This document shows, in pieces, positions 23,606 to 31,790 of a DNA stretch of 40,000 nt. A program made the position numbers and the translations under genes. A model generated the notes under the pieces. That model saw nothing but the letters and a program-made list of their open reading frames with translations, did not search any database and had not been told where the DNA came from. Every line of letters begins with the position of its first letter. Positions within the stretch are counted from its first letter, which is position 1. Source of the stretch: an uncultured Christensenellaceae bacterium (GTDB taxonomy: Bacteria; Bacillota; Clostridia; Christensenellales; Christensenellaceae); assembly GCA_910588425.1 (NCBI GenBank), contig CAJUPM010000001.1, forward strand, positions 162,827 through 202,826. The letters are read 5' to 3'.

Positions 23606-24775
23606 TTAGAGCGGCGTTCGCCTCTGGGAGCGCAGATACACGTTGAGCACAAGCCCAATGCTTATAAGCGTTGCCAGCAGGTTTGAGCCGCCATAGCTCA
23701 CCAGCGGCAGCGGAATGCCTGTTACAGGCATGACGCCGATATTCATGCCGATATTCTCGAACACATGGAAGAAGAGCATACAGGCCACGCCGATGATAAT
23801 ATACATGCCAAAATCATCCCGGGCGCGCATGGAGATGCGGAAGAGATGATAGATCAGGAAGAGGTATGCGCCGACCAGCAGGATTGCGCCGACAAAGCCG
23901 ATGGCTTCGGTTGTGCTGGAAAAGATGAAGTCTGTGTGATCTTCGGGCAGAAAGTTGGATTGCTGGGTGAGCAGATCCTGGGAGAAAAAGCCCTTGCCGC
24001 GGAATCCCCCGGAGCTGGAGACGGTTTTGGCCCGAATGACGTTGAACCCTTTGCCCTCGGGATCTTTGCTGGGATCGAGAAAAACCTCGATGCGCCCCTT
24101 CTGATCCTCGCTCATCAGCAGCCAGGCGATGGGCAGCATGGCCAGCGCCGCGCCAAACATGGGCCCGAGAATTTTAAAGCTGGTTTTAGACATGAACAGC
24201 AGGCCAACGAGAATGAATAGATAGACCATGGCCGTGCCCAAATCCGGCTGGGCCGCGATGAGCGCGACGGGGATGAGAAACCGCCAGAGAATGGGGAACA
24301 GATCCCGGAATTTTTCGATGCCGCCGCTCTTATTCTCCGTGCGCTCGGCGAACTCGCGCGCCAGCACCAGGATGATGAGCGGCTTGCAGATCTCGCTGGT
24401 CTGGATGCCGACAGAGCCGATGCGCAGCCAGCCCTTCAGACCACGCTGGTTGGCGCCGAAAATCAGCGTTATCACCAGCAGGGCGACACAGCCCCAATAG
24501 ATGATATTGCAAAACTCGCGGATATTGCTGTAATCCACGAACAGCAAAACGATGATGAGGATGACGCCCAGGCAAAAATAGATAAACTGCGTCAGCGGCA
24601 GGCTGGAGCTTAGGCTGCCGACATATTCGAGAAACGTCTGCGTATCGGGATCAAAGGCGGTGCAGGTTGCGCTGGCGATGGCGATCATGCCAAAAAAGGC
24701 CAGACCAAGCACCAGAAGGACGGTGATCCAGTCGATGCGCTTTAAAATATCATAATTCTTATTTTTTGGGCTCAT
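23606..24775 (-). CDS. rodA: SEDS family protein (FtsW/RodA/SpoVE), RodA-like
   Basis: About 10 TM helices with family motifs (QPDLGTAMV, TDFIFS, GGSN). I chose the ATG at 24775 (MSPKNKNYDILKRIDW...), with AAAGGA upstream. Confidence 0.85.
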   Translation of the reverse strand: MSPKNKNYDILKRIDWITVLLVLGLAFFGMIAIASATCTAFDPDTQTFLEYVGSLSSSLPLTQFIYFCLGVILIIVLLFVDYSNIREFCNIIYWGCVALLVITLIFGANQRGLKGWLRIGSVGIQTSEICKPLIILVLAREFAERTENKSGGIEKFRDLFPILWRFLIPVALIAAQPDLGTAMVYLFILVGLLFMSKTSFKILGPMFGAALAMLPIAWLLMSEDQKGRIEVFLDPSKDPEGKGFNVIRAKTVSSSGGFRGKGFFSQDLLTQQSNFLPEDHTDFIFSSTTEAIGFVGAILLVGAYLFLIYHLFRISMRARDDFGMYIIIGVACMLFFHVFENIGMNIGVMPVTGIPLPLVSYGGSNLLATLISIGLVLNVYLRSQRRTPL

Positions 24776-25054
24776 AAGAATTCCTTTCGCTGGGATAGAG
24801 TGGGCTGGCCGCGGCAAAGCGGCACCCGAATGATGGAACAAAGTAGCCTGCTATTCCTGTGCGCGATGCTCCACCCAATTAATAGAGTGGTGAAATCTGC
24901 CATCTCCGCACGCGGTGCTGGCAGCCAGTTTGTCAGTCAGCAGATGCTCGCGCAGAACGTGTTTGCCTTGCTTGCGAATCATATTTGCCAGCGGGCAGAT
25001 ACTCTCTCGTTTCCAGCCGCCATGCGAACCGGCTTTCCCCGCAATCCAATTTTT

Positions 25055-25176
25055 AGAAATAAGTAAAGGGGTATGGGGGCTTGCCCCCATGATTATCCAT
25101 TGCCCTTGACCTTTTCGTCAGTGCCATGGCGGGTGTTCTCTCAGGCGTCCGAAACTATGCTTCGGGGAACGCCGTG
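25055..25176 (-). ncRNA. candidate small RNA or structured 5' leader (from P2 +1 to the palindrome/C-U tail)
   Basis: The predicted +1 opens a hairpin (25173-25144). An 8-bp GC palindrome (25090-25073) is followed by ACCCCUUUACUUAUUUCU. I found no convincing ORF. This is purely a sequence-based prediction. Confidence 0.3.
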
Positions 25177-25181
25177 AGGTT

Positions 25182-25190
25182 ATTATACCA
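25182..25190 (-). promoter_or_regulatory. promoter P2: extended -10 element on the minus strand
   Basis: The minus strand reads TGgTATAAT. There is no good -35. It lies inside the 19-nt repeat copy at 25171-25189. Confidence 0.45.
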
Positions 25191-25281
25191 TGTCGGCGGC
25201 GCGCATCGTGCGACGACGGCAGCCGTCAATGAACGCTCAGGCTTCGGAAGAGCTTTGCCCTTCTGTTTAAGCCGTGCGTCT

Positions 25282-25310
25282 ATTATACCGCAGCAGCCCA
25301 TTTCTGGCAA
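25282..25310 (-). promoter_or_regulatory. promoter P1: sigma-A promoter on the minus strand
   Basis: The minus strand reads TTGCCA (25310-25305), 17-nt spacer, TATAAT (25287-25282). The -10 lies inside the 19-nt repeat copy at 25271-25289. Confidence 0.55.
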
Positions 25311-25404
25311 ATGAACAAATCGTGAAAGCAGAGAAAACAGAAATATTTTTCCGGCTGGGTGAGTATAGATTATTACACCCGAAAGGCAAGGAGGGATATT
25401 GATT

Positions 25405-26118
25405 ATGGCAGAAAACCGGAAAACGGCGAACAGTGAATTTATTTCCAGCAAAAGAGGAACGATGGTCCAGCGCCCGCAGAGGGTGGAAGAAGAGCCGAGC
25501 GGCAGTCTGCTGGAACTGAAAAGCGGATGGAAGAGTGTCCGTAAAAAGGTGCAGGAGGCGCCGGAGGGCTACCGCAAGCTGGCGCGCCGGGCGATGGTAT
25601 GCGCTGTGCTGGCGCTGGGCATCTGGGCTGTGAAAAGCATGGATACGGCTGTCTCCAACCAGATCATCGGCGGTGTGGAAAGCGCGACGGGCAGTGAACT
25701 GGAAAAAGATGATGATATCGGCCAGCTGAAGTTCGTCAGCGGGCAGCAGGGGGATGCAGTGAGCGTTTCGGGCTCGCTTTACAGCCTGCCTTTGGAGGGA
25801 GAGGTTGTGGAATCTTTCTCGGACAGCGGCAAAGACGTCAGCATCAAGGGTGAGGGCAGCGCCAGAGTGAACGCAATTCTTCCCGGCGTTGTGGTAAAAA
25901 CCACCAGCGACAGCGTAGTCGTCGAGAATATCAACGGCACAAAGAGCACCTACTCCGGCGTGATTCCCAGCGTTTCAGCGGGAGATCAGGTGAGGAACTC
26001 GGATATGCTGGGCCAGCTTTCGGGGGAAGTGCTCTGCCTGGAGACGGTGAGCGGCATTGGCTATGTGGATTCCCTGAGCATGCAGGATATGACAGAGGCA
26101 TCAGCGCAAATTGAGTAG
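25405..26118 (+). CDS. spoIVFA: SpoIVFA-like protein (membrane anchored, degenerate LytM/M23 domain)
   Basis: One TM helix (AMVCAVLALGIWAV). The C-terminal LytM-like fold lacks the His/Asp metal ligands (..LCLETVSGIGYVD in place of LHFE..). It is immediately upstream of and overlapping spoIVFB. GGAGGG lies 9 nt upstream of ATG 25405. Confidence 0.65.
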   Translation: MAENRKTANSEFISSKRGTMVQRPQRVEEEPSGSLLELKSGWKSVRKKVQEAPEGYRKLARRAMVCAVLALGIWAVKSMDTAVSNQIIGGVESATGSELEKDDDIGQLKFVSGQQGDAVSVSGSLYSLPLEGEVVESFSDSGKDVSIKGEGSARVNAILPGVVVKTTSDSVVVENINGTKSTYSGVIPSVSAGDQVRNSDMLGQLSGEVLCLETVSGIGYVDSLSMQDMTEASAQIE

Positions 26119-26992
26119 CAAGTTTTTTGGGGGCAGGCTGGAAGTTAATTTTATCTTTATTCCGGTTGTCTTTCTCATGTGCTATGTGAGCGGGGTCGAG
26201 GCGATATTGGCCTTCTGCCTGGCGCTGCTGCTGCACGAGAGCGCTCATGCCGTCATGGCGCAGGCGATGGGCGTGCGCGTGCGGAGCCTGGAGCTGATGC
26301 CCTTTGGATGCACGGCGCATATCGAGAGTTTTGCGGTGGTCAGCCCGGGGGCGGAGATCGCCATGGCCGCCGCCGGGCCTTTGGCAAACCTGGCGCTGGC
26401 GGCGCTGCTGCAGTTTGGCGCGGACGTCACGGCGGAAGACACCTTTCTCGCCGCGCTTTACCGCTCGAACCTCTCGCTGGCGGCGGTCAATCTGCTCCCG
26501 GCGCTCCCTATGGACGGCGGGAGAGTGCTCTGCTGTGTGCTCTCTTATGCGATGCCAAGGCTGCTGTGCGTGCGGCTGGTCAGCGCCATGGGTGTGCTCA
26601 CGGGGCTGGGCGTAACCGGGCTGGGCGTGCATTTCTGGCTGACCGGGACGCCCAATCCCACCATCCTGCTCATGGGCAGTTTTATGATCTTTGCATCGGC
26701 GAAGCACTACCATGCGGCACCGGTTTGTGTGATGCAGGATACGCTGCACAAGCGCAGGGAAATTTTCCGGCGCGGCAGTGCGCAGGTGCGGGGCACGGCG
26801 GTCTGCGGGGAGCGCAGCCTGGGCGACGCCATCGCACGCATGGATGCCAGAAGCTATAACCTGCTCTATGTCCTGGATGACGATATGCGCCTGCTGGGGA
26901 CGCTGGGCGAAGGCGAGATTATGGATTACGCGCTTTCCCGGGGCAGCGGGGAGAAACTGCGGGAAATTGCAAAACTGCGGCGCAGTGTTTGA
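26111..26992 (+). CDS. spoIVFB: site-2 protease family protein, SpoIVFB-like (M50B) with a C-terminal CBS-like domain
   Basis: HESAH (HExxH) in TM2 and NLLPALPMDGG (NxxPxxxxDG). The TTG start at 26111 overlaps the spoIVFA stop codon. Confidence 0.8.
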   Translation: MSSKFFGGRLEVNFIFIPVVFLMCYVSGVEAILAFCLALLLHESAHAVMAQAMGVRVRSLELMPFGCTAHIESFAVVSPGAEIAMAAAGPLANLALAALLQFGADVTAEDTFLAALYRSNLSLAAVNLLPALPMDGGRVLCCVLSYAMPRLLCVRLVSAMGVLTGLGVTGLGVHFWLTGTPNPTILLMGSFMIFASAKHYHAAPVCVMQDTLHKRREIFRRGSAQVRGTAVCGERSLGDAIARMDARSYNLLYVLDDDMRLLGTLGEGEIMDYALSRGSGEKLREIAKLRRSV

Positions 26993-27017
26993 CCCTTGGC
27001 AGAGATAATGTTATAAT
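26989..27017 (+). promoter_or_regulatory. sigma-A promoter with extended -10 for the radical SAM / DUF2344 / rng operon
   Basis: TTGACC (26989-26994), 17-nt spacer, TGtTATAAT (27009-27017). Confidence 0.6.
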
Positions 27018-27112
27018 ACAAGAACAGTTTATATGCGGGCGGTGCATGGCGAGATTGGCGCGGCGTTTGCCAGCCCAAAAGCCGCGGGCCAAAAGCCCTC
27101 CGGGAGGAAATT

Positions 27113-28930
27113 TTGATCGACCTGAAAAAGCTAGAGAAAATCCTGCCCCTGGTGGAAAAACCGGGCAGATATATTGGGGGAGAAGTTGGGATTGCAAGAA
27201 AGCGGACGGATGTTCCTATCCGCTTTTTGTTCGCTTTTCCTGATATTTACGAGGTGGGGATGTCTCACCTTGGCAGCGTGATTTTATATCACCTGACCAA
27301 CGAGAGGGAGGACACCTATGCGGAGCGGGCTTATGCGCCCTTCCCGGATATGCAGCAGCAGATGGAAAAAGAGGGGATTCCTCTTTTTTCTTTGGAAACA
27401 TATACCGCGGCCGACGAATTTGATATCATCGGTTTTAACCTCTCCTATGAGATGTGCTACACGACTGTGCTGCGCATGCTGGAGCTTTCGGGCATCCCGC
27501 TGAGAAGCCGGGAGAGAGACGGGAGCCATCCGCTCATCATGGCCGGAGGAACCTGCACCTATAACCCCGAGCCTTTAGCGGATTTTATCGATTTATTCAT
27601 CATCGGCGAGGGCGAGCAGGTCAATATGGAGCTGCTGGATCTCTATGCGGCTCATAAAAAACAGGGCTTCTGCAAGGAGAGATTTTTGCAGGAGGCGGCG
27701 CGCATTGAGGGCGTCTACGTTCCATCGCTGGCGGAGTTTACCTACCGGGAAGACGGGACGGTTGCGCAGATCAAGGGGGAAAACCTGCCCGTGCGCAAGC
27801 GCTTTCTTTTGGATGTGGATTCGGCCTATTTTCCGGACAAGCTCATCGTGCCAAACGTCGGCATTGTGCACGACCGGGTTACGCTGGAGATTTTCCGCGG
27901 GTGCACCCGGGGCTGCCGGTTCTGCCAGGCGGGGTTCATCTACCGGCCGGTGCGGGAGAAGCGCGTGCAGACGCTGTGCGAGCAGGCGCGGGATTTGATC
28001 GACCGCACGGGCTATGAGGAGATTTCGCTCTCTTCGCTGAGCTCGGGGGATTACAGCGGCATAGAGGAGCTGGCAGAGCGGCTGTTTGACGAGTTCGAGC
28101 AAAAGCGCGTGAGCGTTTCGCTGCCCTCTCTGCGGGTGGATTCCTTCCAGAAGGAATATGCGAAGCGTATGCAGAGCGCCCGCAAACAGAGCTTTACCTT
28201 CGCGCCCGAGGCCGGGACACAGCGGCTGCGGGATGTCATCAATAAGAATATTACCGAAGAGGAGATTCTGCGGGGCGTCCGCTATGCGTTTGAGAGCGGC
28301 GCGACCACTATCAAGCTCTATTTCATGATCGGCCTGCCCACGGAGACCTATAAAGATCTGGACGGCATCGCCGATTTGGTTTTGAAAATCAAGAGTGTGT
28401 TTGGGCAGGTGCCAAAAGAACTACGCCGGGGCAGCCTTCAGATCAACGTCAGCACAGCGTCTTTTGTGCCTAAGCCCTTTACGCCCTTCCAATGGGAGGC
28501 GCAGGACAGCGGCGATTCCCTGCGGGAAAAACAGCGGTATTTAAAGGAAAAACTGCGTATGCGCGGCGTGAAATACAGCTATCACGATACGCCGCTCTCC
28601 TATTTAGAAGCAGTTTTCGCCAGAGGAGACCGCCGGCTTTGCGATGTGCTCTACTACGCGCGCAAAAACGGGGCGCAGTTTGATTCCTGGCAGGATCAGT
28701 TTTGCCAGGAGGCATACGACAAGGCCTTTGAGCAGGCCGGAATTGACCCGGATTTCTATGCCTGCCGGGAGCGGGATTTGGACGAGATTCTGCCCTGGAG
28801 CCATATCGACGCCTATATTTCCCCGCGCTATTTGAAGCGTGAGCTTGCCCAGGCAAAGGCCGCGAAAACCACGCCGGACTGCCGGGAGGGCTGCCAGGGA
28901 TGCGGGCTGGGGAGGTTTTGCAAACAATGA
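27113..28930 (+). CDS. B12-binding-like radical SAM protein (TIGR03960-type)
   Basis: FRGCTRGCRFCQAG cluster motif, and an N-terminus MIDLKKLEKILPLVEKPGRYIGGE typical of this family. TTG start with GGGAGG 5 nt upstream. It is followed by its usual DUF2344 partner. Confidence 0.85.
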   Translation: MIDLKKLEKILPLVEKPGRYIGGEVGIARKRTDVPIRFLFAFPDIYEVGMSHLGSVILYHLTNEREDTYAERAYAPFPDMQQQMEKEGIPLFSLETYTAADEFDIIGFNLSYEMCYTTVLRMLELSGIPLRSRERDGSHPLIMAGGTCTYNPEPLADFIDLFIIGEGEQVNMELLDLYAAHKKQGFCKERFLQEAARIEGVYVPSLAEFTYREDGTVAQIKGENLPVRKRFLLDVDSAYFPDKLIVPNVGIVHDRVTLEIFRGCTRGCRFCQAGFIYRPVREKRVQTLCEQARDLIDRTGYEEISLSSLSSGDYSGIEELAERLFDEFEQKRVSVSLPSLRVDSFQKEYAKRMQSARKQSFTFAPEAGTQRLRDVINKNITEEEILRGVRYAFESGATTIKLYFMIGLPTETYKDLDGIADLVLKIKSVFGQVPKELRRGSLQINVSTASFVPKPFTPFQWEAQDSGDSLREKQRYLKEKLRMRGVKYSYHDTPLSYLEAVFARGDRRLCDVLYYARKNGAQFDSWQDQFCQEAYDKAFEQAGIDPDFYACRERDLDEILPWSHIDAYISPRYLKRELAQAKAAKTTPDCREGCQGCGLGRFCKQ

Positions 28931-29583
28931 GAATCGGAGTAAAATTTGGCAGAACAGGCCTTGGCCGCTTTTTATCGCACCTGGATTTGCAGGATATGTT
29001 TGCCCGGGCGGTTCGCCGGGCGGGCATCCCCGCACAGTATTCCAGCGGGTTCCACCCGCATATGAACATGGCCTTTGCTTCGGCCATGGCCGTTGGCCTG
29101 GAGACGGAAGGGGACTATTTTGAATTGCAGGTGCAGGACGGTTTGGACTGCGCCGCCGCCCAAAAGGCGCTGGCAGAGCAGATGCCCTCTGGGTTTGCCG
29201 TCTGCGCACTGGGCAGGCTGCCCGAAGGGACGGGCAAGCTGATGGCGCTGGCCGTGCGGGCGGAATACAAGATCATGGAGCCGGATGCGGCTTTTTCGGC
29301 ATGGCTCGCTCAGCTGCTGGAGCAGGAGAGCTTTGTCATCGAGAAGCAGAGAAAAGGAAAGACACGGCAGATGGACTTGCGCCCGCTCATCTATGAGGCG
29401 AAGATAGGGCAGTCCATTCGGCTGATGCTGGGCAATTTCGGGGCTGAAACCGTAACGCCCAAGCTTCTCATTGCCGAGGCGGAAAAACAGCTGGGCGGCC
29501 TGGGGCAGATGCGGATTGTCCGCAAGGATTTATACGCTGAGCAAAATGGAGAATATAAAGCTCTGTCTGAGCTTTTTGTATAG
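28927..29583 (+). CDS. radical SAM-associated protein (DUF2344 / TIGR03936-type)
   Basis: ATGA overlap with the upstream gene. N-terminus RIGVKFGRTGLGRFLSHLDLQDMFARAVRRAGIP..SSGFHPH. Confidence 0.8.
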   Translation: MRIGVKFGRTGLGRFLSHLDLQDMFARAVRRAGIPAQYSSGFHPHMNMAFASAMAVGLETEGDYFELQVQDGLDCAAAQKALAEQMPSGFAVCALGRLPEGTGKLMALAVRAEYKIMEPDAAFSAWLAQLLEQESFVIEKQRKGKTRQMDLRPLIYEAKIGQSIRLMLGNFGAETVTPKLLIAEAEKQLGGLGQMRIVRKDLYAEQNGEYKALSELFV

Positions 29584-29606
29584 TTTTTATGAGTGGAGGG
29601 TTTTGG

Positions 29607-31130
29607 ATGAAAAGAGAGATCATCGCAGACGTCAACCCGCATGAGGCGAGAGTCGCGCTGCTGGAGGATGGGGAGCTGGCGGAGATACAGGTGGAATTCC
29701 GCGGCAACGAGCGGCTCGTCGGCAATATCTACAAGGGCAGAGTGGAGAATATTCTGCCGGGCATGCAGGCGGCGTTTGTGGACGTGGGCTTGGAGAAGAA
29801 CGCGTTCCTCTATGCCGGCGATATTCTGGCGGATAAATCTGACTTTGAATTTCAAGGAGAGCGGCCCAATGTGGATCGCGAGCTGAAAAATACCAATATC
29901 AAATATTTGCTGAAGCAGAACCAGGAGATCATGGTGCAGGTGCTAAAGCAGCCGGGCGGCACTAAGGGTGCCCGGGTAACGACGCATATCACGCTGCCCG
30001 GCCGGATGATCGTGCTCATGCCGACGGTGGATCATGTGGGCGTTTCCCGCCGCATCGAAGACGAGGCCGAGCGCGAGCGCCTCAAGACGATCATGGAAAA
30101 ATACAAGCCAGAGGGCATGGGCATCATCGTGCGCACGGCGGCTATGGGCTGTTCGGAGGAGAAACTGGCGGGGGAGGTCAACTTCCTGGCGCGGCTCTGG
30201 GGCAAGATTCAGGATAAGGCGGATTTCGTCTCGGCGCCCAGGCTCATCCATTCCGAGGAGACGCTGCTCTTCCGCACGGTGCGGGATATGTTTACCGAAG
30301 ATGTGGACCGCTTTGTGATCAACGACAAGGATTACTACGAGAAAGTGCTGGCGGTGGTGGAGATTACGACGCCCGCGCTGGCGGACCGGGTGGAATACTT
30401 CGCCAAGCCCGACAATATTTTCGATCTCTATGGCATCGAGCCAAAGGTAGAAAAGGCGCTTTCCAAAAAGGTCTGGCTGGATAACGGAGTCTATCTCTAT
30501 ATCGAGGAGACCGAGGCGCTGACCGTCATCGACGTCAACACGGGAAAATATGTCGGCGAGGACGATTTGCAGGAGACCATCGTCAACACGAATATCGAGG
30601 CGGCCAAGGAGATCGCGCGCCAGCTGCGGCTGCGGGATATCGGCGGCATGGTGATCATCGATTTTGTGGATATGGAAGGCGAGGAGAACGAGGCAAGGGT
30701 CGTCGCGGCGCTGGAGGAGGCGCTGAAGGCAGACCGCACCAAGACCAACGTCGTGGGCTTTACCGGCCTTGGGCTGGTGGAGATGACGCGCAAAAAAGTG
30801 CGCCGCAAGCTCTCTGCGCTGCTTCTCGAAGACTGCAAGCGCTGCGGCTCCAGCGGGAAAGTCTATTCCCCCCAGGCCATGGCCATGCGCGTGCGCCGGG
30901 AAGTGAACCGGTATGTGCTGGCCAAGGATTCCTCACGCTATCTCGTGGAGGTTTCTCCGGCGGCGGCAAAATATATTGAGGAATGCAACAATCAAAATCA
31001 GGCAATCCTAAAGCTATACGAAGGAAAGCACTTCTATCTGAAGGGCAACCGGAATCTCAGCTCGGGAGAATGCAAAGTATCCGTCATTTTGGATGAGAAG
31101 AGCATGCACGGCGCGCAGATTTTCTGCTGA
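29607..31130 (+). CDS. rng: Rne/Rng family ribonuclease (RNase G/E-like)
   Basis: S1 domain (GNIYKGRVENILPGMQAAFVDVG) and catalytic region (..TEALTVIDVNTGK.., ..IGGMVIIDFVDM..). GGAGGG lies upstream of ATG 29607. Confidence 0.9.
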   Translation: MKREIIADVNPHEARVALLEDGELAEIQVEFRGNERLVGNIYKGRVENILPGMQAAFVDVGLEKNAFLYAGDILADKSDFEFQGERPNVDRELKNTNIKYLLKQNQEIMVQVLKQPGGTKGARVTTHITLPGRMIVLMPTVDHVGVSRRIEDEAERERLKTIMEKYKPEGMGIIVRTAAMGCSEEKLAGEVNFLARLWGKIQDKADFVSAPRLIHSEETLLFRTVRDMFTEDVDRFVINDKDYYEKVLAVVEITTPALADRVEYFAKPDNIFDLYGIEPKVEKALSKKVWLDNGVYLYIEETEALTVIDVNTGKYVGEDDLQETIVNTNIEAAKEIARQLRLRDIGGMVIIDFVDMEGEENEARVVAALEEALKADRTKTNVVGFTGLGLVEMTRKKVRRKLSALLLEDCKRCGSSGKVYSPQAMAMRVRREVNRYVLAKDSSRYLVEVSPAAAKYIEECNNQNQAILKLYEGKHFYLKGNRNLSSGECKVSVILDEKSMHGAQIFC

Positions 31131-31208
31131 TGCGGCGCCCGCGGCCTTCTGAGCCTGGCAAAAGGGCGGAAAAGCTGGGGCAAAACGCATAGATTTTGCC
31201 AAAAACGC

Positions 31209-31237
31209 TTGTAAATGCCGTTTTCTTATGCTAGAAT
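31209..31237 (+). promoter_or_regulatory. sigma-A promoter of the rimP-nusA-infB operon
   Basis: TTGTAA (31209-31214), 17-nt spacer, TGcTAGAAT (-10 at 31232-31237). Confidence 0.6.
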
Positions 31238-31262
31238 AAGGCCAGCAATAGTGCTCTGACAG

Positions 31263-31293
31263 AGAGTGGGGTTTCGCCCACTCTTTCCTTTAT
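31263..31293 (+). terminator. leader hairpin with a U-rich tail (possible attenuator)
   Basis: AGAGTGGG-GTTTCG-CCCACTCT followed by TTCCTTTAT. It lies between the promoter and the rimP RBS. Confidence 0.4.
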
Positions 31294-31315
31294 AAAAACT
31301 TTGGGAGGAACATCG

Positions 31316-31780
31316 TTGTCCAGAAGAATTGAAGAACAGATTGAACAGCTTGTGGGCGCAAAGATAGAGCAGATGGGCTATGAGCTGGTAGATGTGGAGT
31401 ATGCGAAAGTAAAAGGGCAGGATGATGAGCTGGTCGTCTATATCGACAGGCAGGGCGGCGTCACGCTGGACGACTGCGAGGCCGTCAGCCTGGCGGTGGA
31501 GCCCATCATCGATGAAGCTGACCCGATTGCTCACGCATATGTTTTTTGTGTTTCTTCGCCGGGCATCGACCGCCCGCTCAAAAAACCGAGGGATTTTGAG
31601 AAGGCGTTGCAGACCAAAGTGGATTTGAAGCTCTATGAAAAGCTGAACGGCAAAAAAGAGATCACGGCGGTTTTAGTTGGATATGATGAGAGCGCCGTTC
31701 GCCTGCAAACGGAAAAGGGGCAGGAACTGGAGCTGGGCAGAGAGAAGATTGCGCTCATTCGGCCGCATATCGAGTTTTAG
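31316..31780 (+). CDS. rimP: ribosome maturation factor RimP
   Basis: YELVDVEY...DDCEAVS...VSSPGIDRPLK motifs. TTG start at 31316, 7 nt after GGGAGG. Confidence 0.85.
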   Translation: MSRRIEEQIEQLVGAKIEQMGYELVDVEYAKVKGQDDELVVYIDRQGGVTLDDCEAVSLAVEPIIDEADPIAHAYVFCVSSPGIDRPLKKPRDFEKALQTKVDLKLYEKLNGKKEITAVLVGYDESAVRLQTEKGQELELGREKIALIRPHIEF

Positions 31781-31790
31781 GAGGGTTACG

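Noticed and set aside
24851-25090. 79-aa minus-strand ORF just upstream of rodA
   Set aside because: It has no SD, its ATG is buried in the perfect GC palindrome, and it contains no motif I recognise. I treat the region as non-coding (see the finding for this gap), but a blastp check would be cheap.
25340-25372. Sigma-E-like promoter (AAATATT ... TATAGATT) upstream of spoIVFA
   Set aside because: The spacer is about 16 nt against an expected 14, and the -10 matches about 6/8. I cannot separate this from chance without a PWM scan.
25931-26749. 272-aa minus-strand ORF, with similar long ORFs at 28479-29209, 31755-32618 and 37760-38485
   Set aside because: All are antisense to genes with clear family motifs (spoIVFB, the radical SAM gene, nusA, truB) and have His/Arg/Gln/Pro-rich junk composition.
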